64,000 nucleotides of DNA from Candidatus Eiseniibacteriota bacterium (GCA_041946735.1 JBHGAY010000001.1:128001-192000), one strand, 5' to 3'; counted from the stretch's first letter, positions 13,409-21,868 are shown. Numbers and translations: made by a program. Notes: generated by a model from the letters alone, not told the origin.

Positions 13409-15088
13409 ATGGCGGCGCCCTCGCTTCCGTCCGGCACGGCGGCCTCCGCCCCTTCGCTGCGGCGGTGGCGGCCTGCCGCCGTACGCCTCGCGCTCTGGAT
13501 CCTGATCGGGCTCGCCCTCCGCACCATCGCGCTTTCCGGCGACGGCCTCTGGATCGACGAGGGATATACCGCGTGGACGGCGCACCTCCCGGCGCGCGAG
13601 CACGAGATCGCGCGGAGCCACGACGACGCGCCGCCGCTCTACTACGCGATTGCGAGGGCCGTCGTCCCCCGCCTGCCTCCGACCGACGCCTCGGTGCGCG
13701 CGCTCTCCGCCGCTGCGGGGGTCGCAGGGACGGTCTGGCTCGCCCTCGCTCCTCCCGTGCCGGGGGCCCGGGAGGCGGCGGTCGCCTTCTTCGCGGCTGG
13801 CACCTACGGCGTGCATTACGGCCGGCAGGCGCGTTCCTACGCAGTGCTGATGCTCTGGACCGTGGTCCTGCTCACCGCCTCCGCCCGCGTGATGCAAGGC
13901 CGATCGCCGTGGTGGTTCGTCGTGGTGGCCGCGTCCGAGGCGCTCGCGCTCTGGACGCACAACGTCGCGGCCGCGCTCGTCGGCGGCGCGAATCTCGCGT
14001 GGCTGCTCGCCGGCCTGCCGCGCCCGCGCGGCTGGTTGCTCGCGCAAGCGGCGGCGTTCCTCGCCTGGCTTCCCTATCTGGTTCGGGCGATGCCACAGCT
14101 CTCCGTCCACGCGACGCTGAACGTCTGGATCGAGAAGTACTGGGAGCGGGTGCCGCTCGCCATCGCTCCGCTCGCAAGCCTCGAGGCGTTCACGAGCGGC
14201 GCGCGCGTCTGGCCGAATCCGCCCGTGCCGCTGTGGATGTGGCGGGGTCCCGGCTCGACCGTCCTCGCGATTCTCGCCTTCGCCGCGGTGGTCCTGCTCG
14301 GCGTGGCGGCGTTGCGGGGCGCGCGGAGGCGCGAGGCGCGGCTCGCGGCGGGCTTCACGCTCGGTCCGCTGGTGGCGATGACGGTCCTCTCGCTCGTGAC
14401 CACGCCGAGCTACATCCTCGGCAGGACGGATGCGGTCGCCTATCCCGGCTTCGTGCTCTGGATGGCGATCGGCGCCGTCTCGGTCGAGCGCCGATGGCTG
14501 CGCAGGGCGGCGGTGGGCGTGCTGGCGCTTTCGACGATCCTCGGGACGGCCAGCGGTCTTCCCCTGGGAGACCGCGGCGCCGACCACGACCGTCAGGTGG
14601 GACGCGCGGTCGCCGGAGAGCTGCGCCCCGGCGACTGGATCGCCTACGTCGGGCTCTCGCGCCCCTCGATCGACTACTACGTCTCGGGCGGACGCCCGGG
14701 CTGCGTCGATCCTGTCCACCACCGCCTCGACTACCCCGCGATCTTCGGCGACAACCCGGCGGCCGTCTATCCGACGCCGGCCGAGAGCCTGGAGGTCTGG
14801 AACGAGGAGGCGCGCGACGTGCGCCGCTCGTTCGAGCGGCAGGCGGCGCCCGGCGCGAAGATCTGGTTCGTCGGGCCGATCCAGCCGGGTGCGCCGCGGG
14901 AAGCGACGGCCGAGGATCTGCCCTACCCGGGCAGCCTGCTCGCCTACGCGCTGAACGGGCTGCGGCCGCTCGATCCGCTGATCCGGCTGCGCGGGGACGC
15001 GGTCGGCGTCGACTGGATCGCTTTCGCGGTGGAGCGAGACTCGCTGATCCCCGAATCGGAGCTGCGCGAGGTGGAGGCGGCGCCGTGA
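13409..15088 (+). CDS. GT-C fold membrane glycosyltransferase (GT39/ArnT-like)
   Basis: LWIDEGYT acidic motif after TM1, PPLYY, YGRQARSYA, about 11 TM segments, soluble C-terminal domain. Confidence 0.8.
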   Translation: MAAPSLPSGTAASAPSLRRWRPAAVRLALWILIGLALRTIALSGDGLWIDEGYTAWTAHLPAREHEIARSHDDAPPLYYAIARAVVPRLPPTDASVRALSAAAGVAGTVWLALAPPVPGAREAAVAFFAAGTYGVHYGRQARSYAVLMLWTVVLLTASARVMQGRSPWWFVVVAASEALALWTHNVAAALVGGANLAWLLAGLPRPRGWLLAQAAAFLAWLPYLVRAMPQLSVHATLNVWIEKYWERVPLAIAPLASLEAFTSGARVWPNPPVPLWMWRGPGSTVLAILAFAAVVLLGVAALRGARRREARLAAGFTLGPLVAMTVLSLVTTPSYILGRTDAVAYPGFVLWMAIGAVSVERRWLRRAAVGVLALSTILGTASGLPLGDRGADHDRQVGRAVAGELRPGDWIAYVGLSRPSIDYYVSGGRPGCVDPVHHRLDYPAIFGDNPAAVYPTPAESLEVWNEEARDVRRSFERQAAPGAKIWFVGPIQPGAPREATAEDLPYPGSLLAYALNGLRPLDPLIRLRGDAVGVDWIAFAVERDSLIPESELREVEAAP

Positions 15089-17166
15089 GCCGGCGACCCG
15101 AGAGCCGCCCGCCGCGCACGGCGCTCGCGCTCCTCGCCATCTTCGCCCTCCTCGCCGCCGCCGTGCTTCCGCACCTCGGCGCGCTGGGCAACGGCTTCGT
15201 CTTCGACGACCGTGGCGTGATCGTCGAGAACTCCGCCGTCACGAGCTTCGATCTCGGCGGCATCTGGAGCCGGCCGTACTGGCCCTCGCTCACAGGCGGC
15301 GCGAACCTCTTCCGTCCCCTGACGACCACGAGCTTCGCGATCGACTGGGCTCTGGGCGGCGGACGCCCGAGCTTCTTCGTCGCCACGAACCTTGCGCTGC
15401 ACGCGATCACCTGCCTGCTCGCCTGGGCCCTGATCCGCCGTCTCTGGCCCGCGCGCGCGGGGCTCGCGCTCGCCGCGACTCTCCTCTTCGCCGTGCATCC
15501 GATCCACGTCGAAGCGGTCGCGGGGATCGTGGGGCGCGGGGAGATCCTCTCGGCCCTTCTCTCGCTGCTCGCCTACCGAGCCTGGCTCGACGACGAGGGG
15601 CGGCGCCTTCGCGCGCGGGCGGGCGGCACGAGCGCGCCGCGCGCGGCGATCGCCTGGGCCCTCGCCGCTCCGGCTCTCTGGCTCCTCGCGCTTCTCGCCA
15701 AGGAGGGCTCGCTCGGCCTTCCGATCCTCCTCGCCGCGCACCGGGTGGGCCTGCTTCGGATCGAGGCGGCGCCGGCGGAGCGCGGCCCACGCGCCCGCGA
15801 CCTCGCGTGGCCGGCCGCGCTCGCCGTCGCGGTCCTGCTGCGCGCGCACGCCCTCGGCCGGCTCGACGCTCCACGTCCCTCGCTCCTCGACAATCCCCTC
15901 GCCCACGTCGGGCCGCTCGCGCGCGCGCTCGGCGCCGGAGGGGTCCTCGGTCGCCAGCTCGCGCAGATCGTCCTGCCGCTGCACCTCTCGGCGGACTACT
16001 CCTACCGGCAGGTCGCTCCGGGTGCGGCGCTCTATGTGCCGGGGGCGCTCGTGCTCGCGGCGTGCGCCGCCGGCGTGATCGCCGCGATCCGTTCCGGACG
16101 GGCGAAGCCGTGGGGATGGGGGATCCTCTTCTTCACGTCCTTCTGGATCGTGACGAGCAACCTCCTCGTGCCGATCGGAACGGCGCAGGCCGACCGGTTG
16201 CTCTATCTGCCCCTGCTCGGCCTTGTCGTCGCCGCTTGCGCGGGGCTCGGGCGCCTGCTCGCGACGGCGCGCCTGCGCGTCCTCGCGCCGTGGCTCGCGG
16301 CCGCGCTCGCCGGAGCGCTCGTCGCCGCCTTCGCCGTCCGCTCCGCCGTTCGCGTCCGCGACTGGCGCGACGACGGGACGCTCTTCGAAGCGGCGGTGCG
16401 CGACGCGCCGCGCAGCATCAAAGCGCGCTCGAACCTGGCCGCGGTCTGGCTTCGCGACCAGCGCCCGGAGACCGCCCGGCGCGTTGCCGCTCTCCTGGCG
16501 CCCGTCGAGCCGGAAGGAAGCGAGTTCGGCTCGTTCCTCCAGAGGAAAGCGAAGGTGGCGATGTTCCTCGGCGAGCGCGAGCGCGCCCGCGATCTCTATC
16601 GTGAGTCGCTCGCGCGCGGCGCCGACTCGTCGGAGGTCTGGATCGAGTTGGGGAATCTCGCGATCGAAGCGGGAGACGGCGCCGAAGCGCTCTCCGCCTT
16701 CGATGCGGCGGCCCGCCGCGGCCGGCTGACGCAGCACGTCGCGATCGGCCGCGCGTCGGCGCTCTCGATCCTCGGCCGCACGAGCGAAGCGGCCGACGCC
16801 TGGCTGCCCATCGTGGCGCAGCTTCCCGACTCGGTGCCGGTGCGGACCGCGACCGCGTGGAATCTGCGCGAGGCGGGGCGGACGGCGGAGGCGGTCGCGA
16901 TCCTGCGGGATGGCATCGCGCGACGCGACGATCCTCGCCTGTGGGACTCGCTCGCGCGCACGCTCCTCGCGTCCGGCCGGGCGGGCGAGGCGGTCGTCGC
17001 GGCGCGTAGGGCGGTCGAGCTGTCGCGATCCGAGGAGAACCGGACGACCCTCGCTCTCGCGCTCGCGGAGTCGGGCGAGCCTGGCGAGGCGCGGGCGATC
17101 CTCTCGGGAATCGACGATCCCGATCTTCGATCGGAGATCGAAGCCGCCCTCAGCTCGCCTCGCTGA
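15085..17166 (+). CDS. TMTC-like GT-C membrane protein with C-terminal TPR repeats
   Basis: GTG overlapping the previous TGA; FVFDD, FRPL, HPIHVEAVAGIVGR, LLAKE, LSADYS, ADRLLYLP, WRDDGTLF, then TPR-like helices. Confidence 0.85.
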   Translation: MSRRPESRPPRTALALLAIFALLAAAVLPHLGALGNGFVFDDRGVIVENSAVTSFDLGGIWSRPYWPSLTGGANLFRPLTTTSFAIDWALGGGRPSFFVATNLALHAITCLLAWALIRRLWPARAGLALAATLLFAVHPIHVEAVAGIVGRGEILSALLSLLAYRAWLDDEGRRLRARAGGTSAPRAAIAWALAAPALWLLALLAKEGSLGLPILLAAHRVGLLRIEAAPAERGPRARDLAWPAALAVAVLLRAHALGRLDAPRPSLLDNPLAHVGPLARALGAGGVLGRQLAQIVLPLHLSADYSYRQVAPGAALYVPGALVLAACAAGVIAAIRSGRAKPWGWGILFFTSFWIVTSNLLVPIGTAQADRLLYLPLLGLVVAACAGLGRLLATARLRVLAPWLAAALAGALVAAFAVRSAVRVRDWRDDGTLFEAAVRDAPRSIKARSNLAAVWLRDQRPETARRVAALLAPVEPEGSEFGSFLQRKAKVAMFLGERERARDLYRESLARGADSSEVWIELGNLAIEAGDGAEALSAFDAAARRGRLTQHVAIGRASALSILGRTSEAADAWLPIVAQLPDSVPVRTATAWNLREAGRTAEAVAILRDGIARRDDPRLWDSLARTLLASGRAGEAVVAARRAVELSRSEENRTTLALALAESGEPGEARAILSGIDDPDLRSEIEAALSSPR

Positions 17167-17207
17167 CCCGTCGAACCGTCTCCGACCGGGTAACCGGCGG
17201 CGGACTC

Positions 17208-17257
17208 AAACGCGAGGAGCGAGGGAAGAGCCTCGCCCTCCCCTCGCTCCTCGCTTT
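17208..17257. terminator. bidirectional intrinsic terminator between convergent genes
   Basis: Perfect 14-bp inverted repeat gcgaggagcgaggg (17212-17225) / ccctcgctcctcgc (17241-17254), flanked by aaa and ttt. Confidence 0.7.
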
Positions 17258-17290
17258 CGAAGCGCTTTCGCCCGCCGCTTCGGCGGTCCT

Positions 17291-18256
17291 CTACCGGAAC
17301 AGCGACTTGAGCGCGCCCCAGGTCGACACCCGGGTGGCGGTCTCATTGCAGAACCAGAAGGAGTCCGCGCTCGTCCCGTTTGTCGTGCAGAGGTTCGAGA
17401 TGCCGTTGAACACGCCGCTCCACGTCGGCAGCGGCTGCGTCGGGTCGGCGACCCGTGTCATGCACTCCGCCTCGGTGGTAACGATGCACACCCGGTTCTC
17501 GCCAGAGCTGTAGCAGCAGGCGCTGCAGAGATCGCAGGAGCTGCCGTCGCCGAGATAGACGCCGGAAGAATCGGCGCACACGGTGTAGTCGACCACTTCG
17601 CAGCGAGCGTCGTCCTGGAAGCAGCAACCGCCGAGCAGCGGGGGCTCGGGGCAGTCGTTGGTGCCGGGGCCCTGCCACTCCACGCGCCCGAACTTGAAGA
17701 TCTGATCCTCGACGGGCGGCACGGACAGGTCCGCGACGAGTGCCTTGCCGATGCCGGGATAGACGCCCGTGCCGAAGTAGCTGCCCGGTCCTTGTCCGTA
17801 GGCTGCGAACCAGTAGAACGGAAAGATCGTGTCGGTCATCGGACTGGCGAAGCCGACCAGGTTGCCGGACGGGCTCGTGTCGGGCCAGCCCGCATCGGGA
17901 TTCTCGAGGACGCCGCAAGAGCTGTACTGCGGGACGTACCCCTGGCCGGGGGGAAGATTGTGGTCGACGCCGAACTGGAGGCCACCGACCTGGGGGTGGT
18001 GCTGCGGAGTGAACGCGCAGAGGAACCAGATCAAGGCGAGCTGATCGGCGGGCTTGTCCGTGCGCGTGTTCGCCGACGCGCAGTCGGCCGGCGCATGGGC
18101 CTGATAGTCGGCGCCGCAATAGGTTCCGGACGCGGTGAACGTGATGCTGTCGTCGGTGTGCACGATCAGCGCTCCGTTGTTGTTCCTTCCTGCCAGTGCG
18201 GGCCCGGATGCCGCGACCAGCATTGCGAGAGCTGCCAGCAGAATCCTTCTGGACAT
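17291..18256 (-). CDS. secreted Cys-rich protein, TWG-tail family (paralog 1)
   Basis: Signal peptide MSRRILLAALAMLVAASGPALA; shared domain GRNNNGALIVHTDD...LIWFLCAF...HNLPPGQGYVP...SVPPVED; two CC-rich repeats; ends STWGALKSLFR; GGAGG SD. Confidence 0.9.
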   Translation of the reverse strand: MSRRILLAALAMLVAASGPALAGRNNNGALIVHTDDSITFTASGTYCGADYQAHAPADCASANTRTDKPADQLALIWFLCAFTPQHHPQVGGLQFGVDHNLPPGQGYVPQYSSCGVLENPDAGWPDTSPSGNLVGFASPMTDTIFPFYWFAAYGQGPGSYFGTGVYPGIGKALVADLSVPPVEDQIFKFGRVEWQGPGTNDCPEPPLLGGCCFQDDARCEVVDYTVCADSSGVYLGDGSSCDLCSACCYSSGENRVCIVTTEAECMTRVADPTQPLPTWSGVFNGISNLCTTNGTSADSFWFCNETATRVSTWGALKSLFR

Positions 18257-18422
18257 TTCGAAAGCCTCCTCCTCTCGGCGGGCGCCACGCCGCTCGTTCG
18301 GAGCACCGCCGCGCGTCCTCGGTCTCGATCCATGACGACCAAGACCGACGCTGTTCCCCTCACTCCCAGCGTCGGCAATCCTGAGGGGAAGTATCGAGGA
18401 CCCCGCGAGCGGGGCGCAACGG

Positions 18423-18445
18423 AAAAAGCCCGCGTAACGGCGAGC
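18423..18445 (-). terminator. intrinsic terminator after paralog 2
   Basis: Minus strand GCTCGC-cgttac-GCGGGC followed by TTTTT. Confidence 0.6.
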
Positions 18446-18487
18446 CTGCGGACCCACCGGACGGCCGGAAGCCTCTTCTGGCTCGGG

Positions 18488-18903
18488 CTATCGGTAGTTC
18501 GCCTTGACCCGCCCCCAGGTCGTCGACTCCGTGGCGACCGGCGGGCACACGACCCCCTCGCAGTTCGGTAGACCCATCCATTCGCCGCCCACGGCAACGC
18601 AGTCCGGCTCCATCATCTCCTCGCAGTCGCCTTCGATGCAGCACGCGCCTGTCTGCGGATCATCGTCTCAACGCCGGGCGGTTTGTTCGATTGCGTCACT
18701 GCCGTCACGCAGTCCGACGGGTTGTAGATGTCGCTGCAGAAGTCGGCTCCCGTCGGTGTGTAGTTCACCGCGTCGTTCGTGTGCACGATCATCGCCCCGC
18801 CCGCGTTCTTCCCCGCCAGCGCCGGAGTGGCAGCCAGGGGCAGAAAAGAGAGGGCGCCGAAGAGAGTGAGCAAGAAGGCAGGCGAGTAGCAGGAGAATCT
18901 CAT
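18488..18903 (-). pseudogene. internally deleted, frameshifted TWG-tail family paralog 2
   Basis: The 5' frame encodes MRFSCY...ALAGKNAGGAMIVHTNDAVNY...VETMI. After GATC (18658-18661) a different frame encodes DPQTGACCIEGDC...PVATESTTWGRVKANYR*. About 125-130 codons or more are missing relative to paralog 3. Confidence 0.85.
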
Positions 18904-18942
18904 CACGGCACCTCCGTGCGTGAGGAAGGAGATGAGAACTGG

Positions 18943-18980
18943 AAAGCGGTGGGCCCGCCCCAGGAGGGACGGGCCCACGC
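18943..18980 (-). terminator. probable terminator hairpin after paralog 3
   Basis: gtgggcccg (18949-18957) / cgggcccac (18970-18978) inverted repeat; TTT follows on the minus strand. Confidence 0.55.
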
Positions 18981-19013
18981 ATCGTGACTAGCCGCTAGCT
19001 CTCGGGAAGAGAA

Positions 19014-20150
19014 CTACCGGTAGTTGGCCTTGATCTGGCCCCAGGTGGTGGACTCGGTCGCGACCGGCGGCGGGCACTCGACACCCTCGCAGGTCTCCTG
19101 ATTCATCCACAGACCACCCTGAGCCGTGCAGTCGTCCTCGAGAATCACCGTGCACTCGCCAGCGATGCAGCAAGCACCCGGCGTCGGCGGAATCGGGCAC
19201 TCCGCCACGTCGCAGGTCGGCCACTCGGGGTGGAACGTCCCACCGTTGGCCTCGCACTGCTCGGCCGTGAGGACCTCGCAGCTACCGTCGTCGTAGCAGC
19301 AGGCAGCCGGCGGAGTCGGGCAGACGAACGTATCGCAGTTCGTGCCCTCGCCCTCAGGCGTGCCACCCGCAAGCGTGCAGTCCGCCGCCAGCAGGTTCTG
19401 GCAGGAGCCATCCTCGAAGCAGCAAGCCTGCGGCTGCTCGCAGGGGTTCGGGTCACAGGTCGTGCCCTCGCCCATGAAGTCGCCGGTGCAAGCGGTCTGC
19501 TCGAGAACCTCGCAAGTGCCGTCCGGATAGCAGCAAGCGCCCGTCACCGGAGCGGTCGGGCAGTCGTTGTATCCGGCCTCCATCCAGCGAACCTCGCCAA
19601 ACAGGAAGCAGAGATCCTCGACCGGCGGAACCGAGTCGTCGGCGAACTTTGCGAGTCCGTCGCCCGGGTACACGCCAGAGCCGAAGAAGCTGCCCGCGCC
19701 GTTCTGGTAGGCACCGAACCACGCGAACGTCTGGAAGTTGCCAGCGATCGGAGCCAAGCGACCGATCAGAGTTCCACCCGGGGTATCGGGGAAACCCTGA
19801 TCCGGCAGAACGAGAGCGTCCGTCGGGCAGGCGCTCCAGTGAGGAACGTAGCCCTGCCCCGGCGGCAGGTTGTGACGCACGCCGAACTGGACGCCGGCGA
19901 CGACCGCATCCGCTCCCTCGGGGAAAGCCGCGAGGAACCAAATGAGGGTCTCGGTAGCCGCGTCCTTGTCCGACCGGGTCACTGCAGAAGCACAGTCGGC
20001 CGGCTTGTACTGATCCTGGCAGAAGTCCAGGTTCGTGTAGTTCACGGCGTCGTTCGTGTGAACGATCATCGCGCCGCCTGCGTTCTTTCCTGCCAGTGCC
20101 GGGCTACAGATCAGGGCCAAGATGCCCAGCGCCAGTAGAAGTTTCTTCAT
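19014..20150 (-). CDS. secreted Cys-rich protein, TWG-tail family (paralog 3)
   Basis: Signal peptide MKKLLLALGILALICSPALA; shared N-terminal domain; four ACCxxDGxC-x7-C...C..C type repeats; ends TTWGQIKANYR. Confidence 0.93.
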   Translation of the reverse strand: MKKLLLALGILALICSPALAGKNAGGAMIVHTNDAVNYTNLDFCQDQYKPADCASAVTRSDKDAATETLIWFLAAFPEGADAVVAGVQFGVRHNLPPGQGYVPHWSACPTDALVLPDQGFPDTPGGTLIGRLAPIAGNFQTFAWFGAYQNGAGSFFGSGVYPGDGLAKFADDSVPPVEDLCFLFGEVRWMEAGYNDCPTAPVTGACCYPDGTCEVLEQTACTGDFMGEGTTCDPNPCEQPQACCFEDGSCQNLLAADCTLAGGTPEGEGTNCDTFVCPTPPAACCYDDGSCEVLTAEQCEANGGTFHPEWPTCDVAECPIPPTPGACCIAGECTVILEDDCTAQGGLWMNQETCEGVECPPPVATESTTWGQIKANYR

Positions 20151-20330
20151 CGCGTTTCGACCTCCCTAGGGTTGTCACGAAATCGAAGTACTCGGAACTC
20201 CCAGCTCGCGCGTTTTGCCGGGAGTCGACTCGAGACGGCGCCTGCCGTCTCGCACCACCTCCACCCCACCCCGAACCCGCTCACCTCGCAACCCGGGCCC
20301 GGCGAAACCCGGATCGCCACACGTCCTGCG

Positions 20331-20945
20331 TCAGGGCGTGCAGTCGCGGGTCGTCGAAAGCCAGGACTGACCGAAGACCGTGAAGTCGGTCAGGGTCATC
20401 AGTCCATCATTGTTGTAGTCGTGGCAGCTCGGGTTGTTGGGGTTGCCGAACGCCGCGGAAAGAGCCGTGAAGTCCGCGAGGGTGATCGACAAGCTCCAGA
20501 GACCGGGAAGACCGGCGTTGTCCGATCCACCGTAGTCCGGGCTGACCGCCGCGTTGAAGTTGCGGATCTCGACGCCGTTCGCACGGATGACGATCGCGTT
20601 CGGGCCCTTGTAGCAACCACCGCCGCCCAGGTTGATCGTGGCCTGGCCAGCGACGTTGGTCGTATAGGACGTCGTCTCCGACGCGCACAGCTTGGTCTTG
20701 TTGTCGGCGATGCCGCCGATCAAGATCTCGACGATCGCGTTGTTGATCGGATTGTTCGCGGCGTTCTTCACCGTGACGGTGAAGGTCGCCTGGCTGACCG
20801 GCGACGTCCCGTTCTCATCGGGGATGAGAAGAACGCGCTGCGGTCCGTCGAGGCTCGTCGAGCAGTTCGAAGGATCGGGTACGTCTGCGTTGGCCACCGT
20901 AGCGACCAGTGCAAGCGCACAGAAGGCGAAGAACAACCTCTTCAT
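20331..20945 (-). CDS. secreted protein with Ig-like (Big_1-like) domain and C-terminal dockerin-like Ca-binding repeats
   Basis: Signal peptide MKRLFFAFCALALVATVANA; FTVTVKNAANNPINNAIVEI...TTNVAGQATI; duplicated SPDY...ITLADF and DYNNDGLMTLTDF motifs. Confidence 0.8.
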   Translation of the reverse strand: MKRLFFAFCALALVATVANADVPDPSNCSTSLDGPQRVLLIPDENGTSPVSQATFTVTVKNAANNPINNAIVEILIGGIADNKTKLCASETTSYTTNVAGQATINLGGGGCYKGPNAIVIRANGVEIRNFNAAVSPDYGGSDNAGLPGLWSLSITLADFTALSAAFGNPNNPSCHDYNNDGLMTLTDFTVFGQSWLSTTRDCTP

Positions 20946-21112
20946 TCGTTTGACCTCCACGAAGTCAGTTGACCAGCTAGCCTACAAAGATCGTTGCTTG
21001 GTCGGAACAGGAAGCACCCTCGTGCGCGGGCCCCGAAGGGCTTCAGCAGGCGGATTCGTAGTTGCCGCACCTCCTTCTGAAGCATGCTCCGCTGTTAGGC
21101 TTGCACGGGAAT

Positions 21113-21141
21113 AGTGTACCGCCCACCCCAGAGTCGGTCAA
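21113..21141 (-). promoter_or_regulatory. sigma70-type promoter for the secreted-protein cluster
   Basis: Minus strand TTGACC-17 nt-TACACT, close to consensus. Confidence 0.7.
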
Positions 21142-21456
21142 GCCGCAGTTTTTTCCTAACGACTCCGAGATCGTCGGTTACGAGGAAGGTCGTTCGCTCC
21201 TCCCCCCTGATACACTCCCGTGCCCGCCGTCCGACGAGGCGCCGCCCCCTCCGGCAGATCGGGGGCGATCGATCCTTGCGGCCGGTCCCTTCTTCGTTCG
21301 GCATGGGAGGCGAGGATCCCCAGCAAAACCCTGAAACGGCGCAAGCAGGATTCCTGCAAGACGATGGGGTGGCAGGCGGGGGGAGATCGAGGAGGCCGCC
21401 ACGAGGCGGGCCGTAGGAGGACGGGCGGCTCGAACACGGCCAGGGGGCAGCGCGGC

Positions 21457-21531
21457 TGGTGGGCGAGACAGGGGTCGAACCTGTGACCTCCTGCTTGTAA
21501 GGCAGGCGCTCTACCGTTGAGCTACTCGCCC
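21457..21531 (-). tRNA. tRNA-Val (anticodon TAC)
   Basis: Reverse complement GGGCGAGTAGCTCAACGGTAGAGCGCCTGCCTTACAAGCAGGAGGTCACAGGTTCGACCCCTGTCTCGCCCACCA folds as a cloverleaf with encoded CCA. Confidence 0.98.
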
Positions 21532-21538
21532 ATTATGT

Positions 21539-21868
21539 TCAATCGTTCGTCCCGGGCGAGCTTGTACGTCCCCCCGTGGCTCCGCGGCCGGATCGATCCC
21601 CTCGGGCGACGATCCCCCAGGGAATGAGGACGATGTAGCCTCCGACCAGGAGCAGAGGGGCGAAGGTGATGTCTCCGAGCGCGAGAAGGACGAAGCCGAT
21701 CAGGATGGCCGCTCCGCCGGCTCCGAGCAGAAGGAAGTTCTTGCGCGACCAGTCGAGATGGCTCTCCTCGCCGGTCTCCGGCGCCGCGCGGCGCGGGGCC
21801 TCCGCCGGGGGCTTGCGAATCCCCCGTCCCGCCTGCGTCCCTGCCTTGCGACCCCTGCTCGTGGACAT
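21539..21868 (-). CDS. DUF3098-like small membrane protein
   Basis: SRKNFLLLGAG...IGFVLL...ITFAPLLLVGGYIVLIPWGI; ATG 21868. Confidence 0.8.
   Translation of the reverse strand: MSTSRGRKAGTQAGRGIRKPPAEAPRRAAPETGEESHLDWSRKNFLLLGAGGAAILIGFVLLALGDITFAPLLLVGGYIVLIPWGIVARGDRSGRGATGGRTSSPGTND

Noticed and set aside
18488..19070. Similar 3' ends of paralogs as a diversity-generating retroelement TR/VR pair
   Set aside because: Differences are mostly synonymous third positions, not adenine-specific, and there is no reverse transcriptase in the window.
21142..21456. Short ORFs or an ncRNA between the promoter and tRNA-Val
   Set aside because: No convincing coding signal or recognisable RNA family; only weak imperfect hairpins.
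17291..21531. Genomic island integrated at tRNA-Val
   Set aside because: No integrase or transposase, no duplicated tRNA 3' end seen, and a family member lies on the other side of the tRNA.
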